Source: Octopus sinensis
Taxonomy: Eukaryota
Assembly (NCBI RefSeq): GCF_006345805.1
Contig: NC_043013.1
Coordinates: 54,188,001 to 54,252,000, forward strand
Length of the DNA: 64,000 nt
Direction of reading: 5' to 3'
Part shown: positions 52,202 to 64,000 of the stretch, one piece after another
How positions within the stretch are numbered: the first letter of the stretch is position 1
Layout: each line of letters opens with the position of its first letter
Program-made: the position numbers and the translations under genes
Notes under the pieces: generated by a model
What the model saw: the letters and a program-made list of their open reading frames with translations, nothing else
Told to the model about the DNA's origin: nothing
Database searches by the model: none

Positions 52202-54224
52202 TTGTCAACAAAAAGTTAAAAACATGTACTGTATGATTTCAAGGTATGCAACCAAATGCAGGTAATTGTTGTTTAGCAGTGATGTTGCCACCCCCTCCCC
52301 ACCCCATCACTGTTACTATGATGACTAACAACATTACTCCTGCCATCACCAGTTACCACTTACTTCCTTTAACATGATGCAAAAGGTAGGTAGGAACATA
52401 CTATTGTATTAATACATAGATTGGCCTGAAAATGTTGAAAGGTAAATTTGATAGTTGCAATATTTGAACACATAATGCAAATGGACACAGTAAAATAACT
52501 GCTTAATGCCCAGTGTTCTGAAGCAATGAGCTGAGATAAAGTATACCAAATAGAATTTTTGAGGAAATAAGAGATTTTATATTTTGCAAAAAGCAGTATC
52601 TATAACCCTTGTGACTTATATGTCTGTTCTATATGATAACTGATTAAAATTATATGTACTTTGGATACATTTTGAATCTCTGATCATATCTTCAAAGGGC
52701 AAACTTTACTAATAAATATATTAATTCTTTACGACATCACTACACTTTTTAATGAGATAGTATTTGAGGGTTTGACAAGTTTCTAAACATTAGATTATTT
52801 TAAAATTATTGTACAATTAAAAATTACAAAGTTAAAATATATTCCAAGGAAACTAGATAATGAAAAATAAGTTTAAAAACTAAAAAAAACTAAATCAAAA
52901 ATAAAACTAGTTAAACACAATCTTTATTAAACAGATTAAAATAAACAGTAAGTGATCTAATAGAATTATATTAAAACCAAAGGAAAATGTGATTGCATCT
53001 GAGCTTAGCAAAAAGGTACAAGTAAAACAAAACATAATGGTATAATATTCTGTAATGAATACTAAAATTAATTTCTTGTGAGAATGCTTTGAGCATTCTA
53101 AAAGCAGAAATAATTACATGCTTTAGTTTAGTGGTAAAGATATAGAGAAGCTTGTAGCATGTCTAATATATTGCTGTGTTTTATAGTGTGAAACCAGTAA
53201 AAATTAAAAATAAAATTAGGCACTTTCTTTTTTAATTAAACCAATAGTTTTAATTGCATTCTTGTTTTAGGACTATAGTAATTTTGAAAATATTTTCCAC
53301 CATAAAATGTATTAGATAATAAATTAGAATGATTTATTCCAGATTCATTGACTGGTTCCATTTTGATATAATAAATATGCAAGGTTGGTTAAAAATTTAG
53401 CAGCCAAACATTAAACATAATCACTGGTGAGGCACCATGTTAATAAACACAATATTTCTCAAGTTGTGGAGAATACTGATTAAAAACACTATCTTAATAG
53501 TAATGTGGTATTGATTCTTCAATTCCATAATTAGGGTGTGGCACCTTGAATTTAGAGCAGCCTGTAATTAAGGGAATTGACCTTGGAATTACAAAATATC
53601 TTTTATAGCTTTATTTCTATCCAGCCCACTCCAGAATGTACAATAGTAATCTTTTCTACTTCACAAATAAATGGCAAAAATACACTGGAAACAAGAGAAA
53701 ACAAATACCAGATTGAATGTATTGGAAAATATAATTTTACAATCATATCTATGAATAAAAATATATGCTCTTCAATTATAATTTATTGTAAATATTATTC
53801 TCTTTTTGGTTTTCAATAAACTCTGAATATAAAAAAAGGGTATCACTCATAAATACATTTAATATAAATTAAATTTTCTCCTTGCTTTCAAGTAGTTTAA
53901 ATATACTGAATTTCAATCATAGAAACAAAATTTGGAAAAAATGATTTTAAAAATTCTTATGTCTGTGTTTTTAAAGTATTATCTCATAACTTAACAGAAT
54001 GAATTGCAAGATCTCTTATGTTTGTTTTTCTATCCCAGAGGACAAAACAGTACATGGGTTGTCCATCACTGATCTGGAAATCACTAATCTGGCTCTGTCA
54101 CTAATCCAGCTCAAATTTTAGCTGACCTACTTTTAGTCTCAAATCTTCCTGGTTGCTACATCAACAAATCAGTAACTTCTGGTGGTGCCATTTGCTGCAT
54201 AAATCTATAATGAGCATTACTTAC

Positions 54225-54295
54225 ACATGTAGAAGAATCCACATTGAAAAAGGAATGACACAAGCTGTGGCTAGGACTGATGTTTGTGTTTGCAT
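54225..54295 (-). CDS. Speculative first coding exon encoding a signal-peptide-like stretch
   Basis: ATG at 54295 is the first in frame after a TGA and reads MQTQTSVLATACVIPFSMWILLH+GT into a consensus donor |gtaagt. The phase-2 exit matches the phase-2 entry of the TSP1 exon. There is no homology support. Confidence 0.22.
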
Positions 54296-56006
54296 TCGAT
54301 GAAGACATTGGAAATGACTTCACATGGATTTAGGGATTCGAAGGCAAAATAGAACAGAAATGTTTTGTACACTTATGCACATCATTTAACATTATTTAAT
54401 CCTGCAGCAAAGGATCTTGTATTGAGAGTGGATGAACATAATGTTGGGGTATGGATGAATGTAGATGAAAATACAACTAATGTTCTTCGTTATACTAACT
54501 CAGTGTGCAAATGGTTACAAGTCCACAGTAATAAGCCAGTGTAGAAGAGAGGGAGAGACAGAGAGAGTGATGAAATACAGAGAATGTGGCAGGAGGGCCT
54601 CTATTGATAGATAAATTCAGTTGACAGGTGTGAACTGCTAAAAGGTTTGGAGCAATGCAATTTTATAAATGAACAACTGATAATAGATGTTTACATGCTG
54701 CAGGATAAATTTATCAAGGAAAACCTAAGTATATGAAACACCTTGCAAAATATGGTGAAATAAAGTAGCTAAAGCCATGGAAGAGAAAAGGCATTATTCA
54801 AAAGTCCGGTGGCTTCAAACAACTCCTCACCCGAATGTGCTGTCACTAACATCATCATCATCATCATCATCATAGTCAATTTCCAAAATGAAGGAAATAA
54901 GAATCCCAGTAGCTCATCAACTTAAGGAAATGCCAAACCTAACATATCTTTACCTCATAATATGGGAATAAGTTTGCTCAAAAATTCCAGCGCTTCACTT
55001 TGGAACCAGCTGTGAAGTTTTTAGTTGTAAGTCATTGACAAATTTCACTTGATTTTTCCTTTAAAGTTTCCTGTTTCTTTATCAACTAACATTTACAAAT
55101 TTATATATTCTTAAGGTAGCAATGAGGGGTTAGTATATCCTCCCTTGATCATGTTGCACTCCGGCAAATTCGGGTCTTCTAGCACCCTTCAGATCTCAAA
55201 GATGCCACAGTAGTGATGATCAACCTTAACACACACACAAATGTATGTATATGTCTGCATGTGTATATATGTGTGTGTATGTGTGTGTGTGTATACACGT
55301 ATATATTTGTTTGTTACTGTTGCTTGGTTTGGTCACTTCGTTACATATCACACCCATGTACAGACAACACAGCAAATAAATCATGTTGATTACAACGTAC
55401 AGCAACAAATTAAAACATTAATAGTTATGAATGTAATGCCAGCTGATAGGCACAAAACAACTAAATAATGAATAAGGTATCAATGGTGAGAAAGATGTTA
55501 CGAACTGGTTAGAACAGGTTATGGCAGGAAAACATATTTCACTTGGTGTATAGTCTTTGAAAATACTTGATGAAACCTGTGTTTTGACAATGTAAATATT
55601 TTGGTCTTAACAGAATAGGGTAGAGACTTGAAGTTGCTGTTTGAATGTCTACTTTTCCATGTTTGTATAGGTCGACTGAGACTTTACTGGAGAAGATTTC
55701 CACAGCCAGGTGACTTTTCTGATATCAAACCTCACCTGCTTCCAAGAAAGACAATAATTCTTCTATTCTATCAATCCATTGAAAAAGAAACCACAGAACA
55801 GGCTTTTGCAGATGACTGCAAACACTTGACATTATATGAATAACATGGCACTTTTTTACAAGCAATGTGTGCATACCAAGACAAAGGTGTATTCATCCAG
55901 CCATACATTTGTGTTTGTAGGTGTGGTTGTGTATGTTCTTGTCAAACTCTTTGTGAGACTCGAAGGTATTGGCGGAGGGCCACAGCTTAGAGACTGATGA
56001 TTATAG

Positions 56007-56450
56007 TCACGATGGGGCACACAGGTATGATAGGATGTACTTCCTTTCATGTGGGCAAGGATTAAAAATTTCACTTGTCCTGTTCAGATTGATGCTCTTT
56101 AAAATCTCTCTTTTCTCAGCCAGATATAATCTACACTTCCTGCTGCTATTAAAGTATGCTTTACATATTTCTAGAGTCTTCTACTTTATCTGGTAAGCAG
56201 TGACACTTTCTTTCAACGACCTTACGTGCTTGGCCAGGGTTGTGATGTTACGTCTCTCTGGGATGTTAAAGGAGGAATTGTGGTTGCTATAGTGGGTTTT
56301 GAAGGGGTGTTCAGTTACTCTTGTGTACTTTTCATGTTTTGTTGCCTGTTTGGTCCTATTGTTCTTACCTCTGCCTTCATACCACGGTCTCCATATTACG
56401 GTGGCTGTTTAGTGGACATGTACACTTTGATTAATATGCCCACTCGACTG
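56007..56450 (-). mobile_element. Penelope-like element, GIY-YIG endonuclease domain remnant
   Basis: Minus strand: CPLNSHRNMETVV..KAEVRT, then from ~56330 one frame KYTRVTEHPFKTHYSNHNSSFNIPERRNITTLAKHVRSLKESVTAYQIK*KTLEICKAYFNSSRKCRLYLAEKREILKSINLNRTSEIFNPCPHERKYILSYLCAPS*. This matches PLE motifs (YIG-x-TE..FK-x-R-Y-x-NH, L-S-K-H-I-W, C-x-L-C-L-x-E-K, L-N-x-R-x-E, C-x-H). There is one TAG at the conserved Trp. Confidence 0.85.
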
Positions 56451-56635
56451 ACAAGTGTAGGAGGCCATTTTTTCCTGACTTATGGACTTACACACATACT
56501 CACATATATGTAAGAAGTGTGTGTGTGTGTATATATCTATCTATCTATATAAAGGATAAAATTAATTAATTAATTAATAATTAATAATTTTACCAAGTAG
56601 TTTGGTATGTTAAAAGAAGCATTATCAGTAACCTT

Positions 56636-57206
56636 ATACAAAAATTCTATAATTATGAGCATAATTATAATTAGGATTCAGCAAAATTGCTTCACCACAT
56701 AGTGAAGTTTAGAAATAGCAGTTAAATACTATTCCACTACCATAAGAAATCTCCCAGACAGCAATACTCCCAACTCACGCAGGTAAAGAGTAAAAATAAC
56801 GAATCCTCCCAGCTTTGCTCAACTATATACACATTTCTGGAATAAAGAGATGCAAAATTATTTTTACTCACTTATTTCCATCTTCAGTATAGTATTTCAA
56901 TTATAAATTTGAGAATACTAATAATTAAAATAATTAAAATATTGAAATACTATACTGAAGATGGAAATAAGTGAGTAAAAATAATTTTGCATCTATTTAT
57001 TCCAGAAATGTGTATATAGTTGAGCAAAGCTGGGTGGATTCGTTATTTTTACTCTTTACCTGCGTGAGTTGGGAATATTTCTGTCTGGGAGATTTCTTAT
57101 GGTAGTGGAATAGTATTTAACTGCTATTTCTAAATTTCCCTATGTGGTCAAGCAATTTTGCTGAACCCTAATTATAATTATGCTTATAAATATAGAATTT
57201 TTGTAT
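56636..57206. repeat. Long inverted repeat: 266-bp arms, 39-bp spacer
   Basis: 56636-56901 versus the reverse complement of 56941-57206 aligns without gaps. I count 10 mismatches (~96% identity). Confidence 0.95.
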
Positions 57207-57211
57207 CTATC

Positions 57212-57276
<65 letters not shown>

Positions 57277-59959
57277 GCATACAATGCAGTGTTTAGCACT
57301 TATCTTCATCATTCGACATTTGTGTGTCTATATATATATTATATATTATATATATATATGAAACTGAATTGCTTTTCTAGATTTGCCAAAGTTACTTTAA
57401 TGAAGAGTGTCCTCATAAAAGTATGTAAAGTATTTCAAACTGAATTAAGTAGAAATATTGAGACTAAAGAAAAAATAGCCTCAACTGACAAAACGAGAGA
57501 GAGAAAAGCAACTTGAAAGAGTTTCAGCTCAAATAAAATTTCACAAAAACTTTTGTGGAATTCCTTTCCATGAAATTCATTTTACATATTAGAATTTAGT
57601 AAATGTGACACTAATGTCTAATTCCTTCACAGCATGTATCAAATGACTTTATTTCTCATCAGAGTAATAATGACTTGTTGCTACATTCATTTGATAATTG
57701 ATAGAATTATTTTGAAAGATTCCCTACTTCAATTTGATGGCATAAAAAAAAACATGACAAACAAAATCATAGTGCTATATTAACAATATCTTATCTCTTT
57801 AATATTTCATACACTTGCTCTATATAGACAAACAGACACACACACACACACACACACATGCATGCACACACAGTTGACTTGTCAACAACAGCTGATTCCA
57901 TCCAATTTCCTATCAGTGCATTGAACAGTAAAGTATAGAAATGTCATTTCTATACAGTTAGTTTAGTTGAAAGTGCATGAAGTAAAAATAAATTTTACCA
58001 AAGCCATTTTAAGTACACACACACACACACTTCTAATAGATATTTCTATAAAAGGGATTAAATAAATGGCAATTTTTCTCAATCAAAAACATTTTCAAAT
58101 TATATAACGAGATACGTGTATGTATGTGTTTGTTTGTGAGTGTGCGATTCTAGACGTAAATGGTGTCTGTATGTGTGTCCTTGTGTTGTGAATATTTTAA
58201 CATCAGTATTTCTCTACACACGTCATGTTGATGATTCTGTAAAATTTAAATACGTGCATAAATGGCTATATCTAGAATTTCACTTGTGAATATTCTTTAT
58301 AATGTCAACTTCTCAGTTATATTTATAATATTTCTATTGCTATTCACAGAAAATTTAAACACAACTGTGCAAAGAAATACATAAGTCATATGTAAATAAA
58401 AGAGGTTTAAAATCACATGCTTCAAGTTCTGAATAAATGCTTTCTCATGAATCTCACATCATTTTACATATTAAATGTGACCTTTAAAAAATTTATACGT
58501 TAGTATATGTGACTGATATAATCTCTGAATTAGATGGAAATATGGTCATATTTATGTATGCATGTAACCATATGTCTCTCTCTCATACACACGCACACAC
58601 CACATGCACCACACACACACCCATGAGAGAGAGAGAGAGAATAGAAAATCAATGAAAATTAGGTTTATCTTAAAATTGGTGAAGTACAAACAATTCCCAG
58701 AAACATTAAACTTTAAGGGATACATATCAAATATAGGAATATTTGTAAAATGTTCATGATAAATATTTATTCAAATAAATACCATCAATATTAATAATCC
58801 CAGATAATATCATTCTATCAAATTCCAGCAAATGCTACCAATACGTATGCAAATACTGATTAATAATTCTTTTTTTGCTTTTTTGTGTTTTTAGTGGGCA
58901 AATTAGAAAATGGTTCAAGCCAAACTGATCTTCAAACAGAGTCAAGATTTAGTGTAGAATCACCGAGAACTATTATTATTATGTAGCATTTGAAAGTCTG
59001 GTTGGAAACAGAGATCACATGCCCAGTGATTTTGGTTCTTCTAGTGACAAAATTTTATTTTAACATTTTCCCCACACTTCATTAGTTAGTGGTGCTTATC
59101 AGTGTCTCATTTTGATTTTAAAACTGTAACTGTATTTTGGCAATATGTGTATAAGTGTGCATGTAGAAGTATTAGCATGCAGATAGACACGAGTACTTAA
59201 TACATACATATGCACCACACACACTGTGTAGTTACTGTACCTTCTCTAGAGAAATCCAGAATAATTTCTAGATATAAATACCAAAATGGAACAAAGTCAG
59301 TAGAATTATAGTTACATGAATGAGTTCCTTTTTGATGTTTATAAATGCTATTTTCATCCATCTTAAAGCTTTAACCTAAACAAAATCAAAATCTGATGTA
59401 TTTTACATTCCACTTGCCATTATTAAAATACTGGTATTTTCTATTAAATGTTTTATTTAAGTTGCTGAAAAATTTATCTCCCCATGCCCACCACCCCTTT
59501 AAACACAAAGACACAAATGATGAGATTCTACTTTGTGTGTGTGTGTGTGTGTGAAGTATATTTAACAGTGTTTCTATTTCTGTTCATGTACATCAGGAAA
59601 TTCTATCCTAGAGAAATGATTCATTTCATTGAGTTGTGTTGAAAGTACGACAGTGTAATAAGCAATGAACCAGCATCCAGGACACCATTCTCGCTCTAGG
59701 CAGCCATGTGTGAAGCTAGCAACTTGAAATTAATCCTCTTTGCTCACTTCCACTTCTTAGAGACTAAAAGTAAAACTAAAATAATTCTTGCTTTCATTCG
59801 ACATCCATTTATCAATTGTGAGTGCACCAAAGTTACATGCAAATAATTCCTCCTTTTGCCAAAACATCTTGCTGAGGCAAAATGTACCTACAGCCATAAT
59901 TAATTAGAAAAGTTCAGGGAATTAAAAACATGAGTAGAATTATATTAGCTAAATGATAG

Positions 59960-60120
59960 ATGCAGATTTGACTGGTTAAGTTTCCTTTCCAAGAACTTGA
60001 TTTTCGGAATCAGTCCCACTAAGTTGCACCTTGGGCAAGTGTCTTCTACTATTGCAACATGCCAATCAAAGCCTCGTGAATGTATTTGGTAGATGAAAAC
60101 TGAAAGAAACCCATTGTGGG
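59960..60120 (+). mobile_element. SINE family B 5' half, degenerate
   Basis: cagtcccactaagttgcaccttgggcaagtgtcttctactattgc...aactgaaagaaaccc. Confidence 0.75.
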
Positions 60121-60125
60121 GGTGG

Positions 60126-60175
<50 letters not shown>

Positions 60176-60188
60176 CATATATATATAT

Positions 60189-61066
60189 GAGGTGGTACCC
60201 AAAAGTAACTGGCAACGTTCTCTGTGGGACAGGCTCATTGTGGTTTGGGCTTCCACTACTAGAAGCCACTTGATGCAATCCCCAGGCATTAGTATGCCAA
60301 TTGACAGCAGCATGGGAGAACATACTGACACATAGTGCTTCTTTGTTATGCATTACTTCTCTCCTGTTTGTTAATTTTTGTGAGGGCTGAAATGAAGGGA
60401 CAGCATGCTTGCATGAAATTCTGTTTGCTGCTGAGGAAAACAGCAGCCAAAACAGATGTCATGCTTCAAACAACCTACAAGGACGCTGCCACAGGTTTAT
60501 GAGTGTTTTTTATGCTTTCAAAATGGTCACTTGTTGCATGAAGACCAGTCATGTTCAGGGTGACTATTGACCTCCTGAATGAATGAAAACCTATGAACTG
60601 ATCTTGAGAAACCGTCACTGAATAATTGATGAACTTGTTGATGTAATTGGTGAGTCCTGGAGTTCCTGTCAACAAATTTTGGGTGAGGAATTGCAAATGT
60701 AAAGAGTTGCAGCAAAATTTATGCCTTGCTCACAGAAGATCAAAAGTAGTCAGAACTGAATGCATGTTGTTAACTGAAAGAACAGTTGGAAGTTGTACCA
60801 AAGTTTTGTTCAGAAGTCATCCCTGGTGATGAAAGTAGGTGCTATGGAATTTGCAGATGTGGAAGAGGTGAAGAAAAATATGATGAAGGCATTAAAAGGC
60901 ATCACTTTGCAAGAGTTCCAGCACTGCTTTTAACAGTGGAAAACACATCTTGACTGATGCATTGCTTCAAATACAGAAGACTTTGAAGGTGATAAAAGTG
61001 TAAACATGTAAAACGAAGTGAAGAGAATATCATTGCAAAATTCCAGTTTCTTTTGGTTACCCCCTC
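60189..61066 (+). mobile_element. Mariner (Tc1/mariner, DD34D type) DNA transposon, internally deleted, transposase pseudogene
   Basis: 26-bp TIRs gaggtggtacccaaaagtaactggca / ttccagtttcttttggttaccccctc (22/26 match). Coding remnant ~60392-61000: MKGQHACMKFCLLLRKTAAKTDVMLQTTYKDAA..QVYECF..., IIDELVDVIGESWSSCQQILGEELQM*RVAAKFMP, VIPGDESRCYG, then a jump to FADVEEVKKNMMKALKGITLQEFQHCF*QWKTHLD*CIASNTEDFEGD. Confidence 0.92.
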
Positions 61067-61149
61067 ACACACATACACACACATATATATTATATATTTT
61101 TCTAGTTCTTGGACTCAGACATGCTGAGGCACCAACTTATAAGATTTTC

Positions 61150-61500
61150 AACAAATGAATTGCCTCTAGTACTTATCTTTTTTTAGGCCCTGTACTTAAT
61201 CTGTTGATCTCTTATGCTGAACTGCTAAGTTGGGGGATATAAACAAACCAATAATGGCTGTCATGGGGTGGTGGTGGTGGTGGTGGTGGAAATAAACATA
61301 CATATTTACATATACATATATGTGCATACACATATATAATCAGCTTCCTTTCAGTTTCCACCAACCAAAGCCACTTAGAAGGCTGTGGTTGATCCAGAGC
61401 TGTAGTAGAAGACACTTGCCCAAGGGGCTAAGCAATGGGACTGAACCAAGAATCATGTTGCCAGAAAGCAATCTTATTACCATACAGCCACACCTATGCC
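61150..61500 (-). mobile_element. SINE family B, degenerate near-full copy
   Basis: Minus-strand head ggcataggtgtggctgtatggtaataag...ggttcagtccc and ccttgggcaagtgtcttctactacagc. Confidence 0.75.
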
Positions 61501-62625
61501 TATACATGTGTATGTATCTGTTTGTGTATGTGTGTGTGTGTGCAAGTGTGTGTGTGTGTGTGCATGTGTGTGTGTGCATACACGTGCATGCATGTGAGTG
61601 TTTGTGTCTTCTTGCTTTGAATTTGCATGATGATTGTAAATGAGTGTCACTGTTGTACAAGCAGTGTGTCATCCAATTCCTGTGTTTGATGAAACCATGT
61701 CTGGTCATAGAAAAATATTTCCTTGCATGGAAGCGGATGAAAGTTTGAAAGAGGGATGGCATCCAACCATAGAGAATTTTCCCCAACATATTCAGCATGA
61801 GTCATGCTAGCATGGAAAAGCAGACATGTTGTTGGTGGTGGTGGTGGTGATGATGAGGATGATGATAGTGATGATGGTGACAACGATGATGATAGTTAAA
61901 CATCTTTGGTACAGTTCCTTTTATTTCTGCAGGCAATCAAGTAGTTCTACAATACTCTTTAAGAAACGTTTCAGAAAGTATTTTTTAAAGATGATATTTC
62001 TTCCACCAAGATTACTGCTTGAAAACGTTACCACTTCAAACTCTTGCTCACTTCAGATTCGAAGTAAATACATTCTTTTTATTAGAAAACTAATTGTTAA
62101 AGAATTTCACCATGAAACCATTACTAGTGATGTATGAATGTAGGAGGAATACAGATAGTAAATAAATACAGTGTGATACTGGAAGTTGGCTACCACAATT
62201 GTTTTCTCAGGTGGTTAATTTTTTACAACATTCAGGCTTGAAAACATGCCAAAGAATATAAGTCAATCTATAATCATTTTCATTGCTTTTATTCAAATAT
62301 TATGTAAATTTCACTTTTGTGTGCCCAGTGTTGACGATCTAATTACAACTAGTACTGCATTAGTATGTTGTGAAGCTATAAGCCTGTTTAGCTTTCTTCA
62401 TGTTTAAAAAACAACAGTAAAATATTTTCTGAATAATGTGTATAAAAAAGGGATTTTAAAATAAACTGTCTCGTCAAACTTTATCCAGTATAATTTTAGG
62501 CCTTCATAGCTTGAATATCACTAGGAGTCACAATCCCAATTATATCAATTATTCACTCATTATTTTTCTTGTTAACTTAATTGTAGAAGCTCTGCTTGCA
62601 TGCATCTACATACATACACACCCAT

Positions 62626-62841
62626 AAACGTTAGCACGCTGGACGAAATGCGTAGCCATATTTCGTCTGCCATTACGTTCTGAGTTCAAATTCCACCGAG
62701 GTCGACTTTACCTTTCATCCTTTCGGGACCGATAAATTAAGTACCAGTTACGCACTGGGGTCGATGTAATCGACTTAATCCCTTTGTCTGTCCTTGTTTG
62801 TCCACTCTGTGTTCAGCCCCTTGTGGGCAATAAAGAAATAT
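62626..62841 (+). mobile_element. SINE family A, slightly 5'-truncated
   Basis: aaacgttagcacgctggacgaaatgc...gagttcaaattccaccgaggtcgac...gataaattaagtaccag...gttcagccccttgtgggcaataaagaaata. Confidence 0.9.
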
Positions 62842-63031
62842 AAATGTGCACATTTATACATCATGTGTTCATTATTTATGGCATTCACTTAGCTTACCAA
62901 TAACAGAGAGACATAATGAGATAGCAAAGTTTGGTGTTTGATTTCAGGGAAACTGAAAATGTTGTCTGACCATTTTATTTCCAATGGATTATCAAAAATT
63001 TACCATTTGGTTTCTTTCCCTCAGTCTTGAT

Positions 63032-63251
63032 CAACGGTTCTCAACAATGGCTCCTAGGGCCATATGGGGGGGGGAGCTTCAAGCATCCTTCCAGCAGACT
63101 CTGATGGTCTTCTCTCAATAAATATAATTAACTTTTCAGTAATTGGCTTCTATTTTATGTTTTTTAACCCCGCTTCCACCACCACTACCACTACCACAAA
63201 AAATTCAGGATTTGGAAATGGACTGCATATTAAAAAGGCTGAAAACCTCTG
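63032..63251. mobile_element. hAT (Charlie-like) MITE, old
   Basis: Ends caacggttctcaac / gctgaaaacctctg (10/14 inverted match), resembling CAGTGGTTCTCAAC TIRs. The 8-bp flanks gtcttgat / atccagat are both near the NTCTAGAN target consensus. Confidence 0.5.
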
Positions 63252-64000
63252 ATCCAGATCCATATTCAGTTCTATGTAGCGACCAGATCCATGCTTAACA
63301 CTCACAGCCAGTATTATAGAACATTACACTCCAAATATACATTGTATATAAACACTATTTGTTAGCTAACATCTTAGCTATATACATCATTAATGTCCCC
63401 CATTTTAAGTCTTCTAGCCATTAAGTAGATTTAAATTAGATTTGTCATGTAAAAGAAATGATAGTCCAAATCCTTTGGTCTTGATCTCAGTCTGTTCTGT
63501 GGATTTGGGGTGGGCGGAATGATCCTATCTCACATCAAGATGGGTAGGAGGAAATATTAAAAAGAACTGCTTCAGTAACTTTGTATTTAATAATTACAAC
63601 AAGGGCCTCTTGTGTAAATATATAAAACTATAACTGTTACAATATCTATATAATGATGTTTTTGATATGGTGATGGTGGGGAGTAAATATGGGAATTCAT
63701 TAATTCAATGTTGAGAAACTTCTAAGAAATGATTTTCTATTGAATTGTATATTTTTAAAATGTAGGTTGAATTATATACAATTAATTTTGTAAGTGTTCA
63801 TATATGTGCATACAAATTATGTATACGTAGTGTGTTCGTGTCAAAGAGGTGATCTTATGTTGGGTTGGTTCATTTAAATGCAGGATGTTAATAAACCGCA
63901 TATTTATTTAAAAGCTAATATTTGGTTAAAAATAGACTAAGCAGTGTCTTATTAAACATTTTATGTTTTGTCATTCATCTGTGGGAAGTAAAAGACAGTT

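Noticed and set aside
55994-56010. CTGATGA near the Penelope ORF end (also CTGATGA at ~28909 and CTGAAGA at ~56955)
   Set aside because: No stem II followed by GAAA and no stem I/III pairing could be built, so these are not hammerheads.
56360-56445. Consensus minus-strand donor GAG|gtaaga
   Set aside because: It lies inside the Penelope GIY-YIG remnant, and all frames upstream contain stops.
58895-58986. Plus-strand strong acceptor followed by GKLENGSSQTDLQTESRFSVESPRTIIIM*
   Set aside because: No partner exons and no recognisable domain. T-runs make such acceptors common here.

Overview
AT-rich eukaryotic genomic DNA, dense in microsatellites and retroposons. The SINE families and repeat content look like an Octopus (coleoid cephalopod) genome; this is recognition from memory, not a database check. 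I can support only one protein-coding exon: 23710-23816 on the minus strand, with canonical AG/GT sites, encoding a thrombospondin type-1 (TSP1) repeat of the THSD7/ADAMTS-like kind. Most of the window is therefore probably intron of a very large gene. Nearly all ORFs in the supplied track are microsatellite artefacts or antisense readings of decayed transposons. Identifiable mobile DNA: tRNA-derived SINE families (some in tandem stacks), RTE, CR1 and probable R4/Dong LINE fragments, a Penelope-like GIY-YIG endonuclease fragment, an internally deleted mariner with TIRs, and several MITEs. The most interesting signal is four type I hammerhead-ribozyme folds from three unrelated sequence families (12778-12812 +, 21404-21438 +, 22403-22465 +, 46135-46203 -). 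All lie beside (TA)n tracts and each carries at least one core lesion, so they read as relics of Penelope-like or retrozyme families. A 266-bp, ~96% identical inverted repeat (56636-57206) lies next to the Penelope fragment.
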